DNA from: Nitrosopumilaceae archaeon
GTDB taxonomy: Archaea > Thermoproteota > Nitrososphaeria > Nitrososphaerales > Nitrosopumilaceae
NCBI GenBank assembly: GCA_035935115.1
Contig: DASYXK010000020.1
Span: 33,637 to 65,636 of the forward strand
DNA: 32,000 nucleotides
Direction of reading: 5' to 3'
The position numbers and the translations under genes are program-made. The notes under the pieces are model-generated. The model worked only from the letters and a program-made list of their open reading frames with translations. It had not been told where the DNA came from and ran no database searches. Numbering within the stretch: position 1 is the first letter of the stretch; every line of letters starts with the position of its first letter. Positions 16,001 through 25,111 of the stretch are shown one piece after another.

Positions 16001-17185
16001 ATGTCAGACAGTTGGAATAGAATTAGCAGATTTTTTACAAGATTCAAAGATTTAACAACTCTAGGTTTTGCAACTGTAGTCTCAAACGCAATTTCTGGAA
16101 TATTTTGGCTTTTCATAGCTTCATTATTGGGCACAGAACATTATGGAGAAGTAAGCTATCTGATAGCAATATCATATGTAGCATTAGCAATTTGTTCAAT
16201 TGGCGGTTCAAACACTATACTAGTATATTCTGCAAAAGAAGTCAAAATACAACCCCCAATCTACTTCATAACAACTATTTCAAGCATAGTTGCTGCTGGA
16301 ATTTTATTTTTAATTATTCACAATATCGAAACTAGTTTACTTGTTATTACAAGTACAATGTTTTCAATTGCTACCGCGGAAATAATAGGCAGAAAACTTT
16401 ACCTGAAATACTCTAAATACATTCTTGTACAGAGAGTTATCTTTGTAGCAATTGCCATAGGATTTTACTATGTTATTGGTCCATATGGAATAATTCTGGG
16501 ATATGCAATTTCCTATTTACCATTTCTGATACCTGTATACAAAGGACTTTTGAAATTTAATATGGATTTTTCAGTCCTACGAACCCGTTCTCGCTTTATG
16601 ATCAATAGCTATCTTTTGGATCTTTCGAGAACTTTTAGCGGGCAAACCGATAAATTGTTTATTGCTCCACTGTTTGGTTTTGCTATTCTTGGAAATTATC
16701 AATTAGGCGTTCAATTTTTAAGTCTTTTAACTACATTACCTGGAATAGTGTATTCATACGTACTTCCACATGACGCAAGTGGCAATCCCAACCAGAGACT
16801 AAAGAAAACAATAATAATAATTTCAATTATCCTTGCTGCGCTTGGGTCATTGTTAGGACCTATAGTTATGCCACTACTATTTCCAAAATTTACTAATGCT
16901 GGCGAAGTTATTCGAATTATAAGTTTGGCAGTTATTCCAACGACAATAAACTATATGTATATTTCAAAATTTTTGGGTTCTGAGAACAACAAAATTGTTG
17001 TCATAAGTTCTGGGATATATGTAATAGTACAAATTTCAGGCATTTTTGTATTAGGACATCTTTTTGGTATAAGAGGTGTAACAAGCGCTTTTGTGCTTGC
17101 AACAGCAGCAGAATCTTTATTCTTATTTATCATGGATCGTCATTCTAGAAAAAATGAAATGCCAGCATCTAATGTAGAGCATTAA
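16001..17185 (+). CDS. Polysaccharide biosynthesis / MOP-superfamily (Wzx-like) flippase, stand-alone paralog
   Basis: 394-aa polytopic membrane ORF. The N-terminus LTTLGFATVVSNAISGIFWLFIASLLGTEHYGEVSY fits the Polysacc_synt-type start. 36 of the first 60 residues are identical to the N-terminus of the 25112-27892 product. Confidence 0.6.
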   Translation: MSDSWNRISRFFTRFKDLTTLGFATVVSNAISGIFWLFIASLLGTEHYGEVSYLIAISYVALAICSIGGSNTILVYSAKEVKIQPPIYFITTISSIVAAGILFLIIHNIETSLLVITSTMFSIATAEIIGRKLYLKYSKYILVQRVIFVAIAIGFYYVIGPYGIILGYAISYLPFLIPVYKGLLKFNMDFSVLRTRSRFMINSYLLDLSRTFSGQTDKLFIAPLFGFAILGNYQLGVQFLSLLTTLPGIVYSYVLPHDASGNPNQRLKKTIIIISIILAALGSLLGPIVMPLLFPKFTNAGEVIRIISLAVIPTTINYMYISKFLGSENNKIVVISSGIYVIVQISGIFVLGHLFGIRGVTSAFVLATAAESLFLFIMDRHSRKNEMPASNVEH

Positions 17186-17222
17186 CAGTTAATATAAAGA
17201 TGGAATTTTTGTTATCTAAAGT

Positions 17223-18254
17223 ATGAAGAAACCTTCAGTTATCATGGTGGTTGCAAAGTATCCAGCAACTTATGGACACACTACGGTAATCAACAATCTT
17301 TGTGTTGGGCTTAATAAGATGGGTCATCGTACTGCTATTGGTGCTTTTTCTTTTGATGAAGAACCTCCACACAATGTAGAAAAAATAAAATTAAACAAAT
17401 GGAAGCTGTTAACATCTGGCGTCAAATATCTTGACTTTGATATTATTCATCCTCATCAATCAAGAGTAAATTATTATCTGCTTTTTAAAAAACCTAACAA
17501 GCCTGTAGTTTTCCATTATCATGCGGCAGCCACAAAGATTCAAGAATTAAATTTGAAATTAATGATGGCCTTATTCAAGAAAAGGATCTCAAAAACCATA
17601 TGTGTCTCTCAAAAAGCACGTAATCATTTGGAAGAATGGGCTGGAAAATGTGATACTATAGTTATCTATAATGGCTCTGACACAAATTTTTACAGTCCAA
17701 ATTTGCCAAGGCCTTATAAAAAAGGAGAGCCACAATTGCTTTTTGTCAGTGTCTTACGTCGATATAAAAATACAGGCATGTTAGTAGATGCCATGCCAGA
17801 ATTATTAAAAAAATATCCCAAGGCGCATCTTCAAATCGTAGGAGCTGGTGAGGATTACAACAGAATAAAGGAGAAAATAAAACAATTGGGATTAGAAAAT
17901 AGCATTGAGATGGCGGGAAGGGTTACAGATGATGAACTTAGATTAAGATATTCCTCATGTGATTTGTATATATCGGCAAGTACTAACGAACACTGTCCTG
18001 TACCTACGTTTGAAGCTATGGCATGTGGCAAACCATTGGTATTGTCAGAATTAGAATCACATGTAGAAATTGTAAATGCCTCGAAGGCAGGGTTAACATT
18101 TTCATTCACAGATAGTTCTGACATTTGTAGAAAAATAGATGAGGTTTATAAAAATGAGAAGACATACAGCGAAAATGCGTTAAAGTTTTCAAAAAATTAT
18201 GATTGGTCTGCCATATGCAAGCAGGTAGCAGAAGTTTATGATCAAATCTCCTAG
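17223..18254 (+). CDS. Family 4 glycosyltransferase (GT-B, group 1)
   Basis: 343-aa ORF. C-terminal donor-binding pattern LLFVSVLRRYKN..., SCDLYISASTNEHCPVPTFEAMACGKPLVLSEL is typical of GT4 enzymes. Confidence 0.8.
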   Translation: MKKPSVIMVVAKYPATYGHTTVINNLCVGLNKMGHRTAIGAFSFDEEPPHNVEKIKLNKWKLLTSGVKYLDFDIIHPHQSRVNYYLLFKKPNKPVVFHYHAAATKIQELNLKLMMALFKKRISKTICVSQKARNHLEEWAGKCDTIVIYNGSDTNFYSPNLPRPYKKGEPQLLFVSVLRRYKNTGMLVDAMPELLKKYPKAHLQIVGAGEDYNRIKEKIKQLGLENSIEMAGRVTDDELRLRYSSCDLYISASTNEHCPVPTFEAMACGKPLVLSELESHVEIVNASKAGLTFSFTDSSDICRKIDEVYKNEKTYSENALKFSKNYDWSAICKQVAEVYDQIS

Positions 18255-18382
18255 TTTACATGAGAACAGAATTTATAATTCACAAATAATCTAAATTTAC
18301 ACATCTATTGAGAATAAAGTAACTCACACCATAACTAAATTGTAACGTGGGTTTTTATGTGTGAATTTTTAAGTTTTAGCAT

Positions 18383-19348
18383 ATGAGTTTCCATTCTTAT
18401 GGTCCAACTCTTGTGACTGGTGGAGCTGGATTTATTGGAAGTCATCTTGTAGACAAATTAGTAAGTGAAGATGTTAATGTTGCAGCACTAGATAATCTTG
18501 CAACTGGCAAGCTTTCAAATTTGTCTGTAAGTGATGGCAAGAAAAATTTTCATTTTATAAAAGAGGATTTGAATAATCCTGAAGGAATAAGAAAGTCTTT
18601 ACAAAATATAGAAACTGTCTTTCACATGGCTGCAGATCCTGAAGTAAGGACAGGGGTTGACAATCCAGAATCATCATACAAAGAAAATGTTAGAAATACA
18701 TTTTTTCTTCTTGAAGAAATTCGAAAATCAAATGTAAAAAAACTAATTTTTGCTTCGTCCTCTGCTGTTTATGGAGATGCAACGGTATTACCTACACCAG
18801 AAGATTATGGTCCTCTATTACCGATTTCTGCATATGGCGCTTCAAAACTTGCCTGTGAGGCATATGTTTCCTCATATTGTAACAATTATGGCATCAAAGG
18901 AATCATCATCAGGCCGGCCAATGTAATTGGTGCAAGAGGCAGACATGGCGTTACTTGGGATTTTATAAATAATTTAAAAAAAGACAGAACAAAACTAGTC
19001 GTATTAGGAGATGGAAAACAAACCAAATCCTATATTCATATTAGTGATGCAGTCACGGGAATTCTGACTAGTTTAAAATCCAAAAATAAACTTGAAATTT
19101 TCAATTTAGGCAGCCTAGATAGGGTTGAAGTTATGACAATAGCCAAAATTGTGCGTAAGAACATGAATCTAGAAAAGGCAGAGATAGTGACAACAGGTGG
19201 AATAGATGGAGGCAGGGGCTGGATAGGAGACATAAAGTATGCTCATTTAGACATCTCCAAACTAAAAAATCAGGGTTGGACTCCCAAGCTTTCTAGTGAG
19301 GAATCGGTGGATCGTACTTCAAAAGAAATCATAAAGGATAATATGTAG
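18383..19348 (+). CDS. NAD-dependent nucleotide-sugar epimerase/dehydratase (extended SDR)
   Basis: 321-aa ORF. LVTGGAGFIGSHLVDKL (GxxGxxG) and YGASKLACE (YxxxK). Substrate cannot be called from sequence alone. Confidence 0.8.
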   Translation: MSFHSYGPTLVTGGAGFIGSHLVDKLVSEDVNVAALDNLATGKLSNLSVSDGKKNFHFIKEDLNNPEGIRKSLQNIETVFHMAADPEVRTGVDNPESSYKENVRNTFFLLEEIRKSNVKKLIFASSSAVYGDATVLPTPEDYGPLLPISAYGASKLACEAYVSSYCNNYGIKGIIIRPANVIGARGRHGVTWDFINNLKKDRTKLVVLGDGKQTKSYIHISDAVTGILTSLKSKNKLEIFNLGSLDRVEVMTIAKIVRKNMNLEKAEIVTTGGIDGGRGWIGDIKYAHLDISKLKNQGWTPKLSSEESVDRTSKEIIKDNM

Positions 19349-19366
19349 AAAAGTTACAATCACTAA

Positions 19367-20839
19367 CTAGAATTTGAAATATATGAAATCTTCAGGATTT
19401 CCACGATAAAAGAACAGTATCAAAAGTATTATTGCTGCCAAAAAACCAAACCAATAAACATGTTTAAGATTAGACAGTCTTTCCACCATATTCATTTTTT
19501 TATACGTAATAAAAGACAAAATTATAAACAAGACCATTAATGCCAAAGGAAAATTATGATATTTTATAAAATAGCCTATGTTTTGAATTTGAAAATCAAA
19601 AAACACATACTTGGTCATAGAATAAATCATATCATTAAAATCATGGACTCTAAATGCAATCCATGCTAAAAATATAAGATATTGTGTTATTAAAATAGAA
19701 AATATCTTACCAATGTTGCTTTTGAAAAATTTATTATTTTCAAGTATCGGAAATTTATTTACTATTGCCTTATGTATAGCTAAATACGAACCATGCAAAA
19801 CTCCCCAAATAACAAAATTCCAAGATGCACCGTGCCATAAACCTCCCAAAAACATCACTGCAAATAAATTAAAATAAGTCCTTAAGTGAGATTTGCGATT
19901 CCCGCCTAATGGAACATAAAGATAATCCCTTAACCAAGATGACAAGGAGATGTGCCACCGTCTCCAAAAATCAGACGGGGATGTTGCAAAATATGGTTTG
20001 TTGAAATTAATCGGGATCTTAAAGCCTAGTATTAATGCAGCACCTATTGCAATATCAGTATATCCAGAGAAGTCACAGTAGATTTGAAATCCAAAGCCAA
20101 TTGCACCAATAATTATAGTTAAAGAGTTTAACCCAACAGGATGGCCAAAAATTTCGTTTACCATAGGTGCAATATTATCAGCAAAAAACATTTTTTTCAA
20201 AAATCCCATTGCCATCATAGTAACTCCCAATTTGAGGTTTGAATCAAAGAGTAGAATTTGGCGAAGTCTTGCTCCTACTTGAGGATTATCAAGTTTTTCT
20301 CTAAGTTGTGGCAAGAAATCCTTTGCACGTAAAATTGGACCTGCGACTAGCTGTGGGAAAAATGCTACAAAGATAGCATATTCCACAAAAGTTTTTGCCG
20401 GCTGTATTTGCCCTCGATATATGCTTACGGTATAAGTAATTGAATGAAACGTATAAAATGAAATTCCAATTGGTAGTGCCAGATTCAAAAATGGAATGTT
20501 TGTACCAAGATCAAAATGTTGCCCTAGAAAATTGATTTGCGTTATAGCAAAATCACTATATTTAAAAAATCCCAATAATCCTAAATTTCCCGCAAGACTC
20601 GTTATCAACATGGCCTTCTTTCTTTTTATATTGTCAGCTTTCCAGATTGCTTTTCCAAAATAAAAGTCCCAGATTGTTGTAAATATTAAAAGTGTGATCA
20701 AATAATTGCTTGAATAATAAAAGAAAAAGTAGCTTGCAAATAACAAAAAGAGATGCTGAAATTTTCTTTCTTTTATTATTGCAATTGTAGTTAATACAAC
20801 TATAAAGAAAATTATAAAATCAATTGTGTTGAATAGCAT
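19367..20839 (-). CDS. MBOAT-family membrane O-acyltransferase (AlgI/DltB/PatA-like)
   Basis: 490-aa polytopic ORF. FWRRWHISLSSWLRDYLYVPLGGNR and GGLWHGASWNFVIWGVLHG are classic MBOAT blocks including the conserved His. Its ATG overlaps the stop of the upstream gene (TAATG, nt 20837-20841). Confidence 0.85.
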   Translation of the reverse strand: MLFNTIDFIIFFIVVLTTIAIIKERKFQHLFLLFASYFFFYYSSNYLITLLIFTTIWDFYFGKAIWKADNIKRKKAMLITSLAGNLGLLGFFKYSDFAITQINFLGQHFDLGTNIPFLNLALPIGISFYTFHSITYTVSIYRGQIQPAKTFVEYAIFVAFFPQLVAGPILRAKDFLPQLREKLDNPQVGARLRQILLFDSNLKLGVTMMAMGFLKKMFFADNIAPMVNEIFGHPVGLNSLTIIIGAIGFGFQIYCDFSGYTDIAIGAALILGFKIPINFNKPYFATSPSDFWRRWHISLSSWLRDYLYVPLGGNRKSHLRTYFNLFAVMFLGGLWHGASWNFVIWGVLHGSYLAIHKAIVNKFPILENNKFFKSNIGKIFSILITQYLIFLAWIAFRVHDFNDMIYSMTKYVFFDFQIQNIGYFIKYHNFPLALMVLFIILSFITYKKMNMVERLSNLKHVYWFGFLAAIILLILFFYRGNPEDFIYFKF

Positions 20840-21843
20840 TATCGCCCAATCTCATTTAGAATTATTTTGGAAACATCTTCGCTATAGATGATAGAGTTTT
20901 GATTATAGGCAACATGCATGGCATCTGTCCAGATGTTTAATTCATTGTATTTATCTTGAAGCGAATAAAGGTCCATTCCATATTTGTAATGTGCATCTTC
21001 CAGTGTAGAATTAAAAAGCTGTCTATCAGAATTTGAGATTTTATCTACCCATAATTTGTTATATGGATTAGCAAAAACAGCAACTTGAATATTATTCCTC
21101 TTTAATGTATCAATAATTTTATCAAATGCAGATATCTCCTTTGGATCAATTCCATTAAAAATTCGTGGTGTTTGGGTAAATTCTTTTTTTATTATTTCAT
21201 TACTGGTAATGTTGTCTGCCTGATTATGTATTATAAGAGGAGTGTTTGAATTCACATCAGGATAGTGACCTTGAGCTCCTGTGACATAAAGATAAAGCGT
21301 CAAGGTAACAAGTTGGGGATCGTTTAAAATTTTTGAAACAAACTCGTTATCTGTAAAAAAACTAGTTTGTGCACCAAACAAGTTACGTGGATCTGGAAAT
21401 ATGCTTTTTGACTTTTCATCAGTAGAAAATCCAATCGGAGATGTGTTTTCTTGGCTTATTTTTTCAAAATCCCTATACCCTACACCATAAATCACTAAAT
21501 TTGGTTTCAATGAAATTATTTTATTCAAGTCATTTAATCTTGTAGAAGGTTTATCAGCTGAAATTGCCAAGTTATAGACAACAAAATTATTGTTATAACT
21601 CGATATGCGCTGATTGATGAATGTTGTGTTTAAAGTTCCAACTTGACTAGATCCCAAGATAAAAATTTGTTTTTGTTGTTGCTCGGAATTTAGTTTGGTT
21701 TTAACCCATCTATTGAATGGTTCATAATTAATCAAATACCATTCCATAACAGAATAAAATACGATTAATGCAAAAACAAATGCACCAAGTATGATAAGCG
21801 AAATTTTTATGTTTGGCGATAACGTAACATTCATCGAAACCAA
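20839..21843 (-). CDS. DltD-like / SGNH-fold partner of the MBOAT, N-terminally membrane-anchored
   Basis: 334-aa ORF (TTG at 21843; ATG at 21834 giving MNVTL... is the alternative start). One N-terminal TM helix (ISLIILGAFVFALIVFYSV). Candidate SGNH block I FILGSSQVG and block V WTDAMHV (DxxH). Translationally coupled to the MBOAT gene. Confidence 0.5.
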   Translation of the reverse strand: MVSMNVTLSPNIKISLIILGAFVFALIVFYSVMEWYLINYEPFNRWVKTKLNSEQQQKQIFILGSSQVGTLNTTFINQRISSYNNNFVVYNLAISADKPSTRLNDLNKIISLKPNLVIYGVGYRDFEKISQENTSPIGFSTDEKSKSIFPDPRNLFGAQTSFFTDNEFVSKILNDPQLVTLTLYLYVTGAQGHYPDVNSNTPLIIHNQADNITSNEIIKKEFTQTPRIFNGIDPKEISAFDKIIDTLKRNNIQVAVFANPYNKLWVDKISNSDRQLFNSTLEDAHYKYGMDLYSLQDKYNELNIWTDAMHVAYNQNSIIYSEDVSKIILNEIGR

Positions 21844-22091
21844 CTATCGCCTAAACTTATGATAAGTTTATTCTGAATCATACCTCTTTACACTAATCCT
21901 TTTTTTACCTATTATTATATTTCAATATCATAAAATACTGCGATAACAAGTGCATGTATGAGATAATTTAACTCTCAAATTATTATTTTTTAACACTATT
22001 AAAAATAATTAATTAAAATCTAAATTCCAAATAAAAAACAATTCGTATAGTTATAAATACGACATTACTAATTTACAGGTGTTTAAACCAA
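21844..22091. promoter_or_regulatory. Divergent promoter region (DltD-like/MBOAT unit / methyltransferase block)
   Basis: 248-nt non-coding AT-rich spacer. ttataaata at 22051-22059, 33-41 nt upstream of ATG 22092. Confidence 0.35.
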
Positions 22092-22919
22092 ATGAGAGAG
22101 AAAATTGTTGATGCATTAAAACCATATTATTACAAATTTCCAGCTTTACGACCATTTATGGCATTTTTCCACAGAAGATTTTTTGTTCCAACAAAATTTT
22201 CAGGATTTGGAATGAAAACCATTCATGAACTTCCATGGAATGACGAATATGACTGGGAAGTTTTCCGTAAATCCATTATAGATGTACGAAACTTTGAATT
22301 CAGTAAAGATGCTGCCCAGATAGATCGTAATAATGTAGACGAATTACGTTGGAGACATTGGATAATTTCCTATGCGGTACGTCATGCAATAAAATTTGCC
22401 CAAACCAATGAATACAATTTTGCGGAGTGCGGTGTTGGAGACGGCTGTTCTGCCTTTTTTGCATTACGTGAAATAGAAAACCAGAAAAAAAACGCGAGTG
22501 GATTTTCCATGCACCTATATGATTCATGGATGGCAATGAGAGAAAATGAATTGCTTGAAAGTGAGTTAACACATGTTGGTAGATATGCACAACTTAATAT
22601 CGATAAAACAAAAAAAAATCTCTCCGAGTTCAAAGATAATGTCATTTATCACCAAGGATATGTCCCAGATTCCTTCAGTATTTCACCTGAACCACCAAAA
22701 TCAATTGTATATTTACACATTGATCTTAATTCTGCAAAACCTACTATAGCTACATTAGATTTCTTTCTTCCACGACTTGCAAAGGGGGGAGTGATTTTAT
22801 TTGATGATTATGGGTGGTCAGGATACACAGATACCAAAAAAGCAGTTGACAAATATTTTCACGACAAACCTGGTGTATTATTGAAATTTCCTACCGCACA
22901 GGCGATTTATTATCATTGA
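22092..22919 (+). CDS. TylF/MycF-like class I SAM-dependent (sugar O-) methyltransferase
   Basis: 275-aa ORF. FAECGVGDGCSAFFAL (SAM motif I context) and VYLHIDLNSAKPTIATLDFFLPRLAKGGVILFDDYGWSGY match the TylF / Methyltransf_24 pattern (hiD.DlY.s....l..l...l..GG.i.fDDY). Confidence 0.65.
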   Translation: MREKIVDALKPYYYKFPALRPFMAFFHRRFFVPTKFSGFGMKTIHELPWNDEYDWEVFRKSIIDVRNFEFSKDAAQIDRNNVDELRWRHWIISYAVRHAIKFAQTNEYNFAECGVGDGCSAFFALREIENQKKNASGFSMHLYDSWMAMRENELLESELTHVGRYAQLNIDKTKKNLSEFKDNVIYHQGYVPDSFSISPEPPKSIVYLHIDLNSAKPTIATLDFFLPRLAKGGVILFDDYGWSGYTDTKKAVDKYFHDKPGVLLKFPTAQAIYYH

Positions 22920-22996
22920 ATTTCTAGTTTTTAATTCAACCTACCAGAGTAATAACTAAAATACTGAAAAAATGAAAAGATATCGCTATATTCATC

Positions 22997-24043
22997 ATGT
23001 ATAATGAAAATATCATGAAAGGTATTTCATATAGTGAACTAATATCATCTCATATATCATATTGGAAAAATTTTCTTCAAATGCTATTTAATGTGTCTAA
23101 AACATTCTCAAATTATTCTACAGTTCTCAATAGTGCTCTTAATGGAAAATTTCCTATCGATGCAATATTGAAAAGTGGGAAGCATGTTTCACTTCAAACT
23201 TTTAATGCCATGTATGTACTTGCCTTTACACGTAATTTCAAGGAAGTACAATGTGATACAGAAAACGATCTTGTAATTATCTCATCAAAAATTGATCCGA
23301 GCAAAAAAACAATACTGTATGGAGGAATAAATAATGGAGACATAGTTTACGGCTTTTTAAAAGAAGATTATGGTAAATTGCCTATAAACGAAAAATTTGT
23401 AATTGATGTAGGCACAAACATTGGAGACACGCCTATTTATTTTGCATTAAATGGTGCAAAAAAAGTCATTGGTTTGGAGCCTTTTCCAAAAAATTACGAA
23501 TTGGCAAATAAAAACATCACAGCAAACAATCTTTCTGACAAAATAATAATTCTCCTAGCTGGATGTGCTGCAAAAAAAGGTTCCATCACAATAAATCCAA
23601 ATTATCAAAGTAATCATGAAAGTAAATTAATTGAATTTCAAGATGGTCAACAGATTCCTCTATTGACCTTAGAGGATCTTTTTAATCAATGCAACATACC
23701 CTCTGGCGCCATTTTGAAGATGGATTGTGAAGGATGTGAGGATGAAATCATCATGTCTGCATCTAAAGAAATGCTTCAAAAATTTAGTCACATGCAAATT
23801 GAATATCATTCCGGATACAAGGCATTAAAAGAAAAACTGGAAAGATGTGGGTTTAAAGTGAATATCAGTGGTCCTGTTGCAACAGATGTATTACACACAT
23901 ATTTACAGTCATTTAAAAAAAATCATTCTGCTATCAATAAAAAAGACGATTCAAAAATTGTCGATGATGCAAAGAATTTTCATTATAAAAAAATTCACAG
24001 GATAGGATATACTGGATTTATTTATGCATCTCGTAATATTTAA
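22997..24043 (+). CDS. FkbM-family methyltransferase
   Basis: 348-aa ORF. FVIDVGTNIGDTPIYFALNGAKKVIGLEPFPKNYELANKNI is the typical FkbM-family SAM-binding block. Confidence 0.7.
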   Translation: MYNENIMKGISYSELISSHISYWKNFLQMLFNVSKTFSNYSTVLNSALNGKFPIDAILKSGKHVSLQTFNAMYVLAFTRNFKEVQCDTENDLVIISSKIDPSKKTILYGGINNGDIVYGFLKEDYGKLPINEKFVIDVGTNIGDTPIYFALNGAKKVIGLEPFPKNYELANKNITANNLSDKIIILLAGCAAKKGSITINPNYQSNHESKLIEFQDGQQIPLLTLEDLFNQCNIPSGAILKMDCEGCEDEIIMSASKEMLQKFSHMQIEYHSGYKALKEKLERCGFKVNISGPVATDVLHTYLQSFKKNHSAINKKDDSKIVDDAKNFHYKKIHRIGYTGFIYASRNI

Positions 24044-24200
24044 TCACGAGATTTTATAAAAATTGAACATCATAACCAATGATAAATTTTCCAAATTATC
24101 ATAAATTCATGTTTTGTAAAATCAATTCAATTTTCTACTCATATTCAAAACATGGTAAAGTATTATACGAACCTTGAAAGCATATGATTAAGTTGAGAAT

Positions 24201-25085
24201 TTGCATATTACAATAGGAATACCTGCATATAATGAAGAAAAAAACATAGCAAAGATAATTGTAAAATTACAAAAAATTGCAGATAAAATCATAGTTTGTA
24301 ATGATGGATCAACTGATCTTACAGGTGAGATAGCAGAAAAAATGGGAGCAGTTGTGATAAATCATACTAAGAATCTAGGATATGGTGCTGGAATTAGAAG
24401 CATATTTCTTAAAGCAAGAGAGATAGATTCTGATATTTTAGTAACATTTGACGCAGATGGACAACATAGAATTGAAGATGTTCAGACAGTGATAGAACCA
24501 ATTATAAAAAATGAAGCTGATGTTGTTATAGGTTCAAGATTTTTGGGAGATGGAAAACAAGTACCAGGATACAGAAAAGCTGGTATTAAGACAATAACTA
24601 GCGTTGCAAACACTGCAATGGATTCAAAAATTACTGATTCTCAAAGTGGTTTTAGGGCATATAACAAAAAAGTCCTAAAAGACATTATTCCATCTGAGTA
24701 TGGCATGGGTGTTTCAACTGAAATTCTAATCAAGGCAAATAAAATTGGGTGTAGAATAAAGGAAGTTCCAATAACAATATTATATGAAGGAGAAACGTCT
24801 ACTCACCATCCAGTTTCACATGGATTTTCGGTAATTCTTAGTACCATGAAATTCATATCCATTGAACATCCTCTGAAATTTTATGGCATACCAGGAGTAA
24901 TATTTTTAGGCATAGGACTATTCTTTACAATTTGGACGATTCAGATATTTACTGCGACAAGACAAATTCTGACAAATGTTGCTTTGGCTGGAGTAAGCTC
25001 GATTCTAATTGGAACAATGCTTACAATGACATCCATAATGCTTTACTCTTTAGTTAATGTTGTAAGAGAACGTCGTAGTAATTGA
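24201..25085 (+). CDS. GtrB/ArnC/DPM1-like polyprenyl(dolichyl)-phosphate glycosyltransferase (GT2) with two C-terminal TM helices
   Basis: 294-aa ORF. TTG is the only start in the open frame (in-frame TAA at 24189-24191). ITIGIPAYNEEKNIAKII, CNDGSTD, VTFDADGQH (DxD), then C-terminal helices GIPGVIFLGIGLFFTIWTIQIF and LAGVSSILIGTMLTMTSIMLY, as in GtrB/ArnC. Confidence 0.8.
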   Translation: MHITIGIPAYNEEKNIAKIIVKLQKIADKIIVCNDGSTDLTGEIAEKMGAVVINHTKNLGYGAGIRSIFLKAREIDSDILVTFDADGQHRIEDVQTVIEPIIKNEADVVIGSRFLGDGKQVPGYRKAGIKTITSVANTAMDSKITDSQSGFRAYNKKVLKDIIPSEYGMGVSTEILIKANKIGCRIKEVPITILYEGETSTHHPVSHGFSVILSTMKFISIEHPLKFYGIPGVIFLGIGLFFTIWTIQIFTATRQILTNVALAGVSSILIGTMLTMTSIMLYSLVNVVRERRSN

Positions 25086-25111
25086 TATGAAGATATCATT
25101 CATAATTAGAC

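Noticed and set aside
19367-21843. Interpretation of the MBOAT/DltD-like pair as a teichoic-acid D-alanylation (dlt) operon
   Set aside because: No DltA-like adenylating enzyme, DltC-like carrier protein or DltX-like peptide is encoded next to it or elsewhere in the window. O-acetylation of a glycan is the more economical reading.
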